Source of the DNA: Octopus sinensis
Lineage: Eukaryota
DNA length: 64,000 bases
Direction: 5' to 3'
NCBI RefSeq assembly: GCF_006345805.1
Contig: NC_043001.1
Location: forward strand, 74,834,001-74,898,000
This document shows positions 39,147 through 52,677 of this stretch, piece by piece. A program made the position numbers and the translations under genes. Position 1 is the stretch's first letter. Each line of letters begins with the position of its first letter. Below the pieces are notes generated by a model. That model saw only the letters and a list, made by a program, of their open reading frames with translations. It was not told the origin of the DNA and searched no databases.

Positions 39147-42100
39147 CTAGAATGAGTTGAGTAGATAAGTATAATGAATGCCTCTCATGGTATCTGGTAG
39201 TAAAGAAATCCAGGGTGCTTGAAATTCATTACCAGTTCATAGAGATCACTATGAGGTTGGTTACGGAGTTCTAACCCCTTGTTGTCTAATGAGAAAATTT
39301 TTCTCCAAGAGAAAACCATAATGAAACGCTCTTACAAGTTCAAATAAGCTCCAGACATATTTCAACAGATCTAAATTTGATATGTTTTCTATCGCTGGTT
39401 CATGCACTTACCCACCTTTGATTGTATTGTCTTCATTCTTTTTTTTTTTCAGTAGATTTCATTGTTTCCAAACCCGAGGAAATGTCTCTGTCTCAAGACA
39501 TCAACTATAGTCCCGAACTTATACAGAATAGCGAATATAGTCTTGATCCACCGAAACACTATCGCAGGAAACCAGGCAGGAAAAAGGGACAAAGTAAGTT
39601 TATGCTGTCAGTAACAATTAAAAGTAGAATTAACAGATTTAATTAAAACTATTTTTATTGAAATAGTGATACTTGTCAATCCAAATTATTATTATTATAC
39701 AGTTGTTAATGCATGAATAAATGCTCTTAAATGACCGTGCACAATTACACACATACAGCACATATATATGGATGCGCGCGCACGCACATACATAGATACA
39801 CATACACACATACACATTGACGCACACACACAAATACGCATATGTATACATAGACACAGACACGCGCGCGCGCATGCACCAAAGCACGCATGTGTACGCA
39901 CACAGGCATTAGAGCCAATAAATCACGTGGGAATGCATCGATATGAATATCGAATACAAATGTAGGAAATAAGAAAAATAACAAGAAAAAGTTATCCAGA
40001 GGCTGCATGATTTCCCAGAAGTGTGATTTAAAGACTTGATATGAGGATCACGTGATTATAGAGCTAGCTGAATGAAACAAGGATATTTGTTGTGATGGAA
40101 AATGATGTGAGTGTAACGATATAGATGTAATATTTAATATATTACGTAATGTTAAGGCAGCGAGCTGGCAGAATCGTTAGCACGCCGGGCAAAATTCTTG
40201 ACGGCATTTCGTCCGTCTTTACGTTCTGAGTTCAAATTCCGCTGAGGTCGACTTTGCTTTTCATCCTTTCTGGGTTGATACAATAAGTACCAGCTGAACA
40301 CTGAGGTCAAGGTAATCGACTTACCCACTTCCCGAAAGTGTTGGCCTTGTGCCAAAATTTGAAATCAATATATTACGTAACGTTACGTAATGCAACGATT
40401 TATATAATGCTACATAGCGTAGATGAAGTTGGTTAATAGCCAAGTGTTTATTATTCTCAATAATACTCACCGGTAGTCATAATACTGTTGCTGTAGGTAC
40501 GTGCACTGAGATGAAGAATAGTTAGTCGAAGACTATATGTTTAGTGGCTGCGTTAAATCTTCCAGGGAGCTCACTCCCGTATATGTGTAGTAGTGATGCT
40601 ATTTCAGCTTGTGGTCTGCTGCTCTATCTATATTCAATAGTAACCTGATCAGGGTTAGGTTTAGGGGTTAGGCAATAGTCAAAATGCTGTAGCTAACAGT
40701 GATACCAAATCGGGAATCTCACCAAAATCAAGCAATAAGAATTTCTCTAAATAAGTAAGTTTGCATAATTTCCCGTTGGTAATTGTGCTAAACTGTCAAT
40801 TGTGTTTCTAGTTGTTTTTTTACTAATACTTCAGCAGCCATTTGAATAGATCAATAAGTATCACATCAATTATGAATAGATCGTACACTTTAACAGATTA
40901 ATCAATATTTATTGAATAGATTAATTTAATGTTATATATCAAATGACCTTTCATCATTGTTTTCTTTCCTTTTGTTTCTTGAAATAGTTTCCAAAGTTTA
41001 TCACCTGTGGGAATTTATCCGAGACCTTCTCAAATCCCCGTGTTATAGAGATATAATCCGATGGGAAGATCGCGACAAAGGTATCTTTCGGGTGTTGAAA
41101 TCTGCAGAAGTTGCGAAGCTTTGGGGCCAAAAGAAGAAAAATAAGCTAGCAATGAATTACGAAAAAATGAGCCGTTCTCTACGGTAAGAAATCATTTTAA
41201 TTAGAAATATCTTCTAAGTTCAAATCCCACGTTGATCGACTTTCTTTTTCATTCTTTGGTGTCTTAAAAACGTTCTAATGCCGAGAAACTCAACTATATT
41301 CTTCAGAATGTGTGGTGTTCTGCCTAACTTGGAAATCATTCAAAATGAAAGAATTTATTAAGGATGACCTTTTCACTTTTCACATACAAAAAAATTACTA
41401 GGGTGGATGGTAGCGACTAACCATTTCCCTTCAAAATGGCTTGTATTATGCCTAAATCGGTATCAAATGTCAGCACAAGTCCAACAATTTTAGAGGGACG
41501 GGTTTATTTGAATATATCGATCCCAATACTTGACTGTTACATATATCTCGGAAGGATGAAACGTAAACTAGACCTCAGTAGAATTTGAACTCGGAACTTA
41601 AGGAACCGAACGAAATACCGCTAAGCATTTCCTCCGGCGTGCTAATGATTTCGCCAGCTTAACCCTTGTCTTAAACGTAAGTAAAAAAACAAAAAGAAAT
41701 TAAGGGCGGCAGATTGACAGAAACTTTATTACATCGGACCTTGCGATTTGTTTCGATTTGATTTTTTATGCTCTGTGTTCACATCCCACCGAGGTCACCT
41801 TTGCCTTTCATTCTTTCGGGGTCGATAAAATAAAATATCAGGCAAACAATAAAGTCGATGGTATTGACTGACACGAACCCTCATAAAAACTGCTAGACTT
41901 GTACCTAAATTCGAAACAAATGATCACCACATGATCTGCATAATCATTAGCGTGTCCCACAAAATATCTTGCGTGCGGTGCTTGTTCTGCGGTGTTTGTT
42001 CTGAACTCTTCTGAATTCAGATCCCTCTGGGGCTGACTTTACTTTTCATTCTGCAATATAAGTGCCAGTTTAGTTCTGAAGTCGATGGCATAGATTAACC

Positions 42101-42712
42101 CTTTCCGCACAAAAGTGTTGAAGCCATGATAAGATTGTCAGAGCAACGGAAAAATAACTTGTGATATTTCTTCCGGATCACTCCGTTCTGATTTCAAATT
42201 TCATCTAAATCGACTTTGCCTTTCATCTCTCAGGGGCCGATAAAGCAAAATATCAGTCAAAAACTTAAAGTCCGTGTAATCGACCTGACCTCTCCTACTA
42301 AAACTGCTGGTCGCCAGTTGGCAGAATTGTTTTCAGGGCGGGCAATATGCTTAGCAGCATTTCGCCCGTCCTTATGTTCTGAGATCAAATTCTGCCGAGG
42401 TCGAATTTGCCTATCATTCTTTCGGTGTCGATGAAATAAGTACCAGTTACGCACTGGGGTCGATGCAATCGATTAGATTCCTTTCCAAAAATTTCTGGCC
42501 TCGAGCCTTTAATAGAAAGAATTGCTATTATTGTGGTTGTTTAAAAATATTTTTCTTTCAATACTAAATTGACTTTCATAATATTGAATACCTCATTTTC
42601 TTTCTGCAGATATTCAAGAAAAGAAGGATATTTTATGGAAATACCATGTGATGGATCTTATCCCAAGAAGTTGTGCTTTAGATTTGGCCCAAAATCTCAC
42701 GGCTGGAAGTAA
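33028..42712 (+). CDS. EHF-like: ETS-domain transcription factor, ESE subfamily (EHF/ELF5/ELF3-like); join(33028..33063,36402..36585,38627..38728,39453..39593,40988..41183,42610..42712), 762 nt, 253 aa
   Basis: Six exons with GT-AG sites and matching phases 0,1,1,1,2. C-terminal ETS domain [10 protein letters not shown]...[45 protein letters not shown]...[13 protein letters not shown], closest from memory to EHF/ELF5 ([10 protein letters not shown]; ends ...FG..A.GW). Orthology not established. Confidence 0.88.
33481..33517 (+). ncRNA. Minimal type I hammerhead-like motif in an ETS intron
   Basis: TGTTT-CCGAAGA-A-GAGC-TTT-GCTC-GAA-ACGT-A-AAACA; stems I and II fully paired. Confidence 0.55.
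34117..34852. repeat. Long inverted repeat (~240-bp arms) around a microsatellite core, intronic
   Basis: gagcatctatgcacgtaaatgtgcatgcgtgtctacgag... at 34117 is reverse-complemented at ~34813-34852, continuing inward through unique and microsatellite sequence. Confidence 0.9.
35285..35690 (-). mobile_element. Possible Penelope-like element ORF remnant
   Basis: Minus-strand [18 protein letters not shown] loosely resembles the PLE motif KIFNRNT.KVSY; weak. Confidence 0.3.
36402..36585 (+). CDS. ETS gene exon (PSIAEGF...QRDCVY)
   Basis: atgaatttcag| acceptor; tatg|gtaagt donor; 184 nt, phase 0 to 1. Confidence 0.8.
37640..38030 (+). mobile_element. RTE-clade LINE 3' fragment in an ETS intron
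   Basis: [51 protein letters not shown]: RTE C-terminal signature. Confidence 0.8.
38627..38728 (+). CDS. ETS gene exon ([10 protein letters not shown]...TNINSG)
   Basis: atttctccacag| acceptor; ggaa|gtaagt donor; 102 nt, phase 1 to 1. Confidence 0.8.
39453..39593 (+). CDS. ETS gene exon (..FIVSKPEE...[12 protein letters not shown])
   Basis: T-rich cag|tag| tandem acceptor; caaa|gtaagt donor; basic motif just before the ETS domain. Confidence 0.88.
40153..40372 (+). mobile_element. Family-1 SINE in the intron upstream of the ETS-domain exon
   Basis: Full head, body and tail-2. Confidence 0.9.
40988..41183 (+). CDS. ETS gene exon, ETS domain helices 1-3
   Basis: gaaatag| acceptor; cg|gtaaga donor; [17 protein letters not shown] motifs. 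Confidence 0.95.
41468..42510. mobile_element. Family-1 SINE cluster in the last ETS intron (- 41468-41668; + 41703-41920; + ~42170-42510)
   Basis: Diagnostic blocks. Confidence 0.8.
42610..42712 (+). CDS. ETS gene last coding exon (wing; stop TAA 42710-42712)
   Basis: ttttctttctgcag| acceptor completes CG+A (Arg); [33 protein letters not shown]. Confidence 0.92.
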
Positions 42713-42819
42713 TCGAACTCTCTGTTCTAAAGACTTTCTTAGAAATTTTAAAGACATTGACATATGTGCATGCTAATTAGTCATACGCTCATAAATACAA
42801 GCGCACATACACGCACGCA

Positions 42820-42860
<41 letters not shown>

Positions 42861-44628
42861 CACACACACACTCACACACACACACATATATATATATATG
42901 CATGTATATGTACATGTATGCATACATACATATACATATATATATATGTACGTGCATGTTTATATATATATATACATATACACACAATGAGTTCAACAAA
43001 AGGCCTTTTATTCCACTCACTGTTTTAATAAGTATTAGATTCTAAGTGGCTTTACTATGCTCCCTTGATCACGTAGTACATATACGTATATATATATATA
43101 TATATACATACATATACATACATATGTAACATATGTATATATACATATATGTATATGTAACATATGTATATATACATATATGTGTATACATGCATATATA
43201 TATATAAATATGTGTATATATATATATATATTTATATATATATGTACATATATACATATATATTCATATATGTTTACATATATATATATATATTATATAT
43301 ATATATATATAATATATATATATATATATAATTAAAGACATTTGTAACCTTCAGCCTCCTTTCCTCTTCCATCCATATTTAAAATAATTTCATTACAATT
43401 TTACAAATCATTTAACCGTTTCAAACTACGGCATTCATTAGAAATTTATTATAACAAATGAATTTTTATTTCTCTCTACATAAATATAATTTCAATCATG
43501 CTTCCTTTTTGCAAGCTGGAATGTGAACCAAAATTTCAAAATTCTCGTCAGCGTCTAGCATATTCATTTTGGTACAAATACATCTTTTCATGTGTTTCTA
43601 TTTGAACATATATATCAGCTCAACTTTCAACATTATTTTGAATTATTGACATGCACAGTTCATCATTATTTTCCTGCATACATACCGATTATTACGTGTA
43701 TTTATGTTTACGTATGTAACGTGTTTTTGTACACAGATATATGCTCACAGATACATGCTCACACACACACACACACATACACACACACATACACACACAT
43801 ACATACATACACACACACACGCATACATACGCACACACATATGTGTGCATCGGGCCAAAGAAATCCGAACCTGCTAGAAGCAGCCACCATTATTCACTCA
43901 GATCGCATTGTATTGTCTTCATATTGACATTCGCTTATGCAATACTTGATATACAAAACGAAAACCCCAGAGTATTCATAGCCAGAAGGTCTTTGAACAT
44001 AGGTCAGCACGGTTAAGATTGACCTCTGGTTAAATAACAATCAATGTACATATGCATATATTTTTGTTAATGCTCGCACAGGAATGCGCGAACTACGTGT
44101 GTGTGAATGTAGTTATGAATCCACGTATTTATGTGTGTGTGTCAGAATGTATATGCGTGTATGTATGCATGTCTGTCTGTCTGCCTGTATGTATGTGCGT
44201 ACGTCTGTGTGTGTGTTTGTTATGCGTTTATATCACGTCAAGAAATTCACTTGTGATAGACAAACTCTAAAGAGATTGTCTAATCCACTTCATTTATAAT
44301 AGATACAGATAATGAACGTACAAACTACTTCATACATACATACATACATATCACCGAAAAAGAACTTGGTGTTTATCACTGAAGGCACAATCACAACACA
44401 TCCACAATAAATTATAATAGAGCTATGACAACATGTCTCTGAAACAGGGAAGGAGATTTCAAGACCTCCAATGCACCGTCAAAGTAGATATGCATATATT
44501 ACCTTTAATCCGGGACATAACTAGTTATGTTTTTGCATGCAAAGTATTGCGTACAGGGTCAGACGGTTTTAAAATGCAAAATAATGGCTGAATGTTTATG
44601 TATATGTATATACATACATATATATATG

Positions 44629-44671
<43 letters not shown>

Positions 44672-44703
44672 TGTGTGTGTATGTATGTATGTCTGTATGT
44701 ATG

Positions 44704-44738
<35 letters not shown>

Positions 44739-44922
44739 ATATATATATATATATATATTCACATACATAGTAAATATGCAAAGAGCGAGCTGGACGAGGT
44801 TCGAGGTGAAAACAAGCGTAAAGGTTTCGGGAAAACATATGGTTATAGAAGCCTTAACTGAATAAAAAATATATACGCATTTGTATAGTTATATATAGAT
44901 ATATGTATCTATCTACCTATAT

Positions 44923-44972
<50 letters not shown>

Positions 44973-45059
44973 GCCTTTCGAAACACGTGTAGAATGAAAT
45001 AAAACGATTTCTGTTCAATCTGCGTTCAGCTCCATTTCTTCAATTCACCAATAATGTTT

Positions 45060-45153
<94 letters not shown>

Positions 45154-45349
45154 GTATATGCATATGAGTTCGTGTATGTTTATGTGTCTGTGTACGTACG
45201 TATTCAGATAATTGTTATATCTTTGTGAGACACGAGCGAAATACAAAGTAAAACAAATGAATAATGAAAGGATTGAAACAGTATATTTATCGTCCTGGAG
45301 AGAAGGAAATGAAAATGAGTATACCCTTTTGACAATAAATGTTGCTCGC

Positions 45350-45394
<45 letters not shown>

Positions 45395-46329
45395 GTGTGT
45401 GTGTGCTCTCCCGCGTTTGGAAATGATGAAAGTAGCATCTGTATTGCTTGATGCTAATATTGATGTCGTCAAATAGATGGCAAACCCCCAAAATCATAAT
45501 TATGCATGTGTGTGGTGGATCGAAGAGTTTCGTGACTGATCAGAGTTTATTCCAACAACAATATGTATTGAATTTATGTGTTATAATTTTGATAAAAAAA
45601 TTTTTTCCAATGAATATATTTTGTTTTTTATAACTTTTTATTGAATATATTTATATTTGTGAAAAATGGAACCAACCAAAATCAGAATATAATATATATA
45701 AATGTTAAAATAAATATTTTTTTTCTTTTCAATATGTTTTACAAACTTATTTTTTATTAAACTAATGCGATTACACAATCATAAAAATGGTGTGTTTGGC
45801 AACGATGTTGAGTTTTGTATATGGTGATAAATTGTTTCATGATTTTGTAGTATAAATAGTCTGGTAGCCAACTAGTATCGGGTTAGATTATGGCATTTAC
45901 ATATTTAAATATATATAGGCTGAGTTGTTACAAGAATATAAATCATAAGCAAGAAGAGGAAGTTAAAGGGGTGTGTAGATCGTCTCTTCTAACATTTTCA
46001 AGGAAAGATACGCAGGTAGGGCATTTCTCTGCAAATAAACAATAACGATCCATCCCGTCATCAGAGGGAGAATAAGAACAATTATTGTTTGTACCAATTT
46101 CAGACATAACGTTACTTAAATGTTGCTATATATGAATATTTATATATATGTATGCACACACACAATCACACACACACACACGCATATACACACACATGCA
46201 CACACATACATAATTGTAACAATGAAGATTTGATTGGACAAGTCCCATTATTTCATTGGTTTACAATTGTTTCATTGAAGCTCGATTTTGTGATCATTGC
46301 TATATTGCGCAATAATATATATATATTTC

Positions 46330-46685
46330 ATTGTCACCCTTCCCTCGTAAGCCCACTCCACCTTCCCAGACCCACATTTTCACACCTACACATACACACA
46401 GGCACATATCAAGATCAGCAGCCCAATTCCACACGCACATACAAACTTTCTTATACACACGCACGCGCACCTTCGTTTTCGGGTCACCACTACTTTATTA
46501 TCTCCCCTTCTCCCAAGCTCTCCTGTGTGACCTTTCTGTCCGGCATTTGCCATGATAGATCGCCAACCATTAAACATTCCTTATTTTCTCTCCTTGTTTC
46601 TTTCTGTGTTCCTTTCTGTGGAAGAGCGTAGGCTCGAAATGTTGAAGACATTTTCACTTCCGGAGCGTTATACTAATACACCGAT
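46330..46685 (+). mobile_element. Penelope-pLTR-like element with hammerhead-like motif (46611-46648)
   Basis: CA/CT-rich leader and motif shared with 62050-62550. Confidence 0.7.
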
Positions 46686-46821
46686 AGTGCTAGGCTTACA
46701 AAGAATAACTCCTGAGCTCGGTTTATTCGACTAAAGGCGGTGCTCCAGCATGGTCGCAGTCAAATTACTGAAACAAATAAAAGAATAAAAGAATACACAC
46801 GCATATACATATACACGCACA

Positions 46822-47300
46822 TGCAAGTGTCAGCTGAATAGTTCATCGGCTGACCAAGAAACTCTGAAGTAGTGTGACTAAATGAGGTCTATTTTTCAGC
46901 ATAGTCCCCCTTACGGTTCACACACTTCTTCCATCGGTGTTGTAGTGCTTCGATTCCATATGGCGAAGAACCTTTCAAACCTGTTGGTCAAAAAAAGTCA
47001 TCAACAACAAATATGACGTCATCATCATTGCGACACTGGTTCCTAGCCAAGTGCTTTTTCATGTTGGGACACAGATATTTATCAAATGGGGCGAAATCAA
47101 GAAAATAGCGAGGACAATCAACCAGTTCAAAGTTACAGTCACGCACAGCAGCCTTTGAAATCAAGGACTTTTGTGCTGGAACATTGTCCCGATGGGACAA
47201 GACCCCTTTTGTCAATTTTCCTAGGCATTTGGTCTTAATAGCTTTTCATAAAAAGCCTCAACACATTAGCACTGTATTCTTCATTGATGATGTGGCCTCC
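46822..47300 (-). mobile_element. Mariner transposase C-terminal remnant with 3' TIR-like end
   Basis: HRDNVPAQKS...CPRYFLDFAPFDKYLCPNMKKHL...RWKKCVNRKGDYAEK (decayed YSPDLAPSD). Confidence 0.85.
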
Positions 47301-47410
47301 TATAGTAATAATAATTATATTAATCAATAAACGGTGGTGCCCCAGCATGGCCGCGGCCTTCGGGCTAAAACATTTTAAAGGATTTTAAGGATTTAAGGAA
47401 ATACAATGCC

Positions 47411-47451
<41 letters not shown>

Positions 47452-47825
47452 TAATAATAATAATCAATAAACACAATGCCTTTTGCTTCCCTAAAAAACT
47501 GACCCCAGCTTTCTTTGGAGCAGGTAAGGAGGGGTGTTTCCACTGCATGGATTGTCTCCTTGTCTCTGACTCAAAGTGATCAACCCAACAGTCATCTTGA
47601 CACAGGAACCGTTCAAAGAAACCAGCTGGACCTGTCTCAAATTATTTCAGATTTTCCTATGATGTGATCAACCTCGTGCACTTCTAATCAAGGGTTCAGA
47701 AGACGTGGAACCTACCGAACCGAAGCTTTCATCTCGTTTTTCATATATGTATGTATATATGCATATATTTATATATTATTTATATTATTATATGATCGAA
47801 CGCCACGCATCCATTTCCAAGTATA

Positions 47826-47924
<99 letters not shown>

Positions 47925-48125
47925 TTAGATCGTTAGCTCCTACACGCATTTTTTTCTCCCCTTGTTTCTCTCCTTGTTTTTTTTTCTGTGTATCTTTCTG
48001 TCGAAGAGCGTAGGCTCGAAACGTAAAAGACTTGTTCTATTTCTATTCCTGAGCGACATACTAATACTTTTGTTTGTTTGTACTCCACCTGCCTTCGTCT
48101 TTTGTTTATTTTCGTAAACCTTCCT
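47925..48125 (+). mobile_element. Penelope-pLTR-like element with hammerhead-like motif (47993-48030), between microsatellites
   Basis: Near-identical to 62370-62550. Confidence 0.75.
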
Positions 48126-48126
48126 G

Positions 48127-48165
<39 letters not shown>

Positions 48166-48609
48166 TGGAAAAGGACATCAAAAACCAAGGCAGGAAGAGT
48201 ATTTCAAGTCATTTATAATAATTTAATTAGAGTAATTAAATTATTATAAATGACTTGAGATACACATCCGGCCTTGATTTTTTACGACCTTTTCCTCTAA
48301 TGTATACCTGCTAACACGGAAGGCTAGTACGGATCTCTAGCTCTAGCCTCAGCTGTGAAATTGGAACCTAACGGATGTCCAGTTATACCTATTCGTTTAA
48401 ATCACCAGTGTACTAAACCCTTCATATCCAATATATATATACATACACTTGCGTCGGAAATTAATTAGCACTTCTCAAATTTCTACATGTTCTTACATTT
48501 TCTTAATTTAATTAACTTATTATCAGAAACGAACTCGTTTTTAATCAAAAATTTATTAAAACATATCCCAGCACACCACATAATTGTTATTAATCGTGAA
48601 ATTTAGTCA

Positions 48610-48975
48610 ATATCTTGTTGCACCTCCTTTGGCAGCAATGACAGCTGCTACGCGGTCGTCATGCTGTCTATGAGTGCCTGCAGGTACTGTGCAGGGATGG
48701 CCCCTCATGCAGCAAGAAGTGCCCCAAACAGCTCGTGTCGGTTCCTGTATTGCTGCACATTCAAATCCCTACCCAATCGACTCCAGAGGTTCTCATAGGG
48801 TTCAGGTCAGGTGACTGGCCAGCACGTACTCCTCGCCACCAAAGAGGTATCCCGTACTATCTCAACGTACTTTGCTGCGTTGATGTTGCCTTCGACGGCA
48901 TAGAGCCGCCCAACACCACTGTAGCTGAACGCCCCTCACACCATCAGACCACCCCACCATGCTTCATGGTGAGCA
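48610..48975 (-). mobile_element. Tc1-like transposase DDE C-terminal remnant
   Basis: HGGVV.MVWGAFSYSGVGRLYAVEGNINAAKY and WP..SPDLNPM.NLWSRLGR motifs. Confidence 0.85.
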
Positions 48976-49006
48976 AATCAAGGGTGCTAATTAATTTCTG
49001 ACGGTA

Positions 49007-49097
<91 letters not shown>

Positions 49098-49101
49098 TAT
49101 A

Positions 49102-49223
<122 letters not shown>

Positions 49224-49258
49224 ACATATATATATTATTATATATATATATATATAAT

Positions 49259-49305
<47 letters not shown>

Positions 49306-49309
49306 ATAT

Positions 49310-49504
49310 ATAACGGGAAGCTTTATGAAAATAGACAAAAGACGAAGGCAGGTGGAAAACAAACGAACAATTGTATTAGTATGGCGCTCAGGAAATATAA
49401 ATAAAACAAGTCTTTAACGTTTCGAGCCTACGCTCTTCAACAGAAAGATACACAGAGAGAAAAAAAACACAGAAAGAAGGAGAGAAAAAAAATGCGTGCA
49501 GTAG

Positions 49505-49510
<6 letters not shown>
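49310..49510 (-). mobile_element. Penelope-pLTR-like element with hammerhead-like motif (49411-49448), embedded in (TA)n
   Basis: Reverse complement of the same ~200-bp family. Confidence 0.75.
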
Positions 49511-49552
<42 letters not shown>

Positions 49553-49559
<7 letters not shown>

Positions 49560-50215
49560 ATAGATGCAATTTACACCGAGTACAAACGACAGAGAAAATT
49601 AAAGGTGAGAAAGAGAGGAAGAAATATGTTATGGACTTTTAGCACTTTTCTCTCCCCCACTTTTCCTTTTTAACACACACACAAACATATGTAACAACCA
49701 CGTGTATATATAAATATCACTTTCTTGTCTGTATCGTACGATATATATATATATATATTAATAAATTAAATAAAACATATGCATATATATAAATATATAT
49801 GTACGTACCTACCTCTACATGTACATATACACGCATATATGAGTACAGGACTCCAAAGGGACGTCGAACACGAAGAGAAACGAAAACATAGACACAAACC
49901 AAGGAACAGGACATTTTTTTAAAAACAACAAAAAATGGAGTACAGGACAATTAACACAACGAAAAAAACCCCTTCTTCAGTCGCTAAAGTTTCATCTACT
50001 CTACGTTTCGAAGGATAAAAGCGAGACGTATCTTCGACAAGAAACTTTCCTTCCTGCGAAAAGCAAATCAATTAAAATTCTGAGATCTTTTCGCAGAGGG
50101 GTAAAAAATGGTAAAAAAAACAGGACAGTAACGACAATATATAATATATATATATATCGTACGATACAGACAAGAAAGTTATATTTATATATACAAGTGG
50201 TTGTTACATATATAT

Positions 50216-50268
<53 letters not shown>

Positions 50269-50448
50269 TACGATACAGACAAGAAAGTGATATTTATATA
50301 TACACGTGGTTGTTACATATGTTTGTGTGTGTGTTAAAAAGGAAAAGTGGGGGGAGTGCTAAAAGTCCATAACATATTTCTTCCTCTCTTTCCCACCTTT
50401 AATTTTCTCTGTCGTTTGTACTCGGTGTAAATTGCATCTATTGATATA
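49553..50448. repeat. Long inverted repeat (~195-bp arms) enclosing a ~350-bp interspersed-type element
   Basis: 49553-49750 versus 50256-50448, differing by one substitution and a small indel; extra partial arm at ~50153-50210. Confidence 0.9.
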
Positions 50449-51399
50449 GATATTCATATATTCGTACTTAAATATTCATCGCCTGGAAATCTCCACTTTT
50501 TGCTCTCTTTCGTTTTGCATTTATACATATATACATATTTTGTATTTCATACCCAAACTTTTATATCTAATATATCTAATTTGTTTATCTGCATAATTGT
50601 CTCCCTATCTGCTCAACTTAATTCCTCCTATAGCCATTCTTTATCCCGTGGAATATATATATATATATTGTCGTATTTAGGAATGGTGATGTTGCCAGTT
50701 TAGCCAATAAAAACACACGCACTATATATTTGATGTTAATTTGCTTCAGCTTTATTTATTTTTTTGCATTAACCTTAATCTTATTTCGGCCAGAGTTCTT
50801 TCGTCACACTTCTGTGACCTCATCATTTATTGGCTAAACTGGCAACATGACCATTCCTAAATACAACAATATCTGTTTCAACACACGATTTCATATCAAG
50901 AATCTTACAAAACATATATATATATATATATATATATGCGAAGTAAGATACATTTGGTTGTCTATGTAGAAATGTAGAAATTAGGGCAGAGAATAGAATA
51001 GAAAAGAAGGTAAAGTTTCGTTTATAAGATAGAGATAAAGCATAAAATAGCATGAATTGCGGTGAAGGATTAAAGAACAAGCAGATCTGTGTTGAATGGG
51101 TTTCTGTATTCTTAAGCTTTTATGGAGCATTTGTGAATTCTTTATAAATACAAGAATTAATGTATTTTCAGAATTTTATGTGTTAGTTAATGGCTATTAA
51201 ATTAACGTGGTCATTTGCAAAATCATTCAATAAGAAAGAAAGCATTGAGTGTCTAGTAGGTCAATAGGTTCTAACGTTGATCTCTTGCAAACAAGACATC
51301 AACATGTATATAATAGATCAATAGATTCTAATGTAAATGAAGGTGTTAACTTGATAGAAAGAACGGGGATAAGATTGATTAATACAACTCTATAGAAAA

Positions 51400-51605
51400 A
51401 TATTGGTTTCTAATTTTGGCACCAGGTCAGCAATTTTGAAGGAGAGCGTAAGTCGATCAAATCGACCCTAATGCTCAACTGATATTTAATTTATCGACCC
51501 CGAAAATATGAAAGGCAAAGTTGATCTCCGTGGAATTTGTAAAGACGGAAGAAATGATGCTAATCATTTTGCCCGGCAAGCTAACAATTCTGCCAGCTTG
51601 CAACC
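51400..51605 (-). mobile_element. Family-1 SINE
   Basis: Diagnostic blocks. Confidence 0.75.
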
Positions 51606-51668
51606 TTACTTTATAGAAGCTCAAATATGTGTTAGTTTGCCTTTTTTTAATTTTCTCTATCGTAGGGA

Positions 51669-51780
<112 letters not shown>

Positions 51781-52677
51781 TACTCATTTCTAGCCGAAGT
51801 CTTACTACATTTAAACTACCTATGCCCAAAATTAGCTGTATTCGTAATTTTACTATATTTTATGCCAGAAAAGGAAAATAACGAAACATTTTTCACACTT
51901 TGGCCCACTGTTGCTAAGTCAACCCAGGACTTAAAAACTGGGGAAAACTACATTTTTTATGAAAAATCAACGTAGTGTGTATTACAAAGACCCTGGTTTT
52001 AGCTCGAAAAAATGCTTCAGAAAAACTTGACTATTTAATAGAAACATTTTCATCCCCAAATTTTGTAGACCTGTGTTATTTATGTCAATGTTTTCTAGCA
52101 TAACCATAAGGGCATGTATATAGTCACTCGACTTGCAAAGAATAGCAGTCAAATTTTTGTCAGTTCGTATTTTCTACCATCTTAAGGAAGATACTGTATA
52201 TCGAAACCGTGTAGTCCTCGATATACAGAGTCTGAATAAAAGAGAGGAGTCACAACTGCAATCCTTTTAAACACGAGTTTGATCAGTCAGTGCTAACCAG
52301 AGATTGAATAATAGCGACAACATCAAATGATTCTTCAATATAAGACAGTCAAAAAATATTCCTGGTAAAAAGAAATATGATGAGTGTGGATTCTATTCTG
52401 CTGTCAATAGAACTGTCAATGAAAAGCCACCAGTGAGAAGGATCATAAGATTCAGCCCCCAAGTAGTTAAAAACTCCACTAACATCAATACACGCGACGA
52501 ATGAACCAACGGTTTAAAGAATTGACGATATTTTCTCCTTGTAGCGATAAAATGTTATGACTGTGCCAGATTTCAGAAGATGGTTTTCATGTAAACTGGA
52601 AGCCAACAACCCAGCTGAACCTTTTGAATGGCTTACATCGTGAATTTATTTTGATCAAAGCAGTCTGCTCTATTAAG

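Noticed and set aside
46030-46070. Minus-strand CTGATGACGGG, similar to the 14506 core
   Set aside because: Not followed by a closing stem and GAAA.
49960-50045. Minus-strand GAAACGTA...CTGAAGA as a type II (permuted) hammerhead
   Set aside because: The intervening sequence does not form stem I, and stem II would be mostly G-U.
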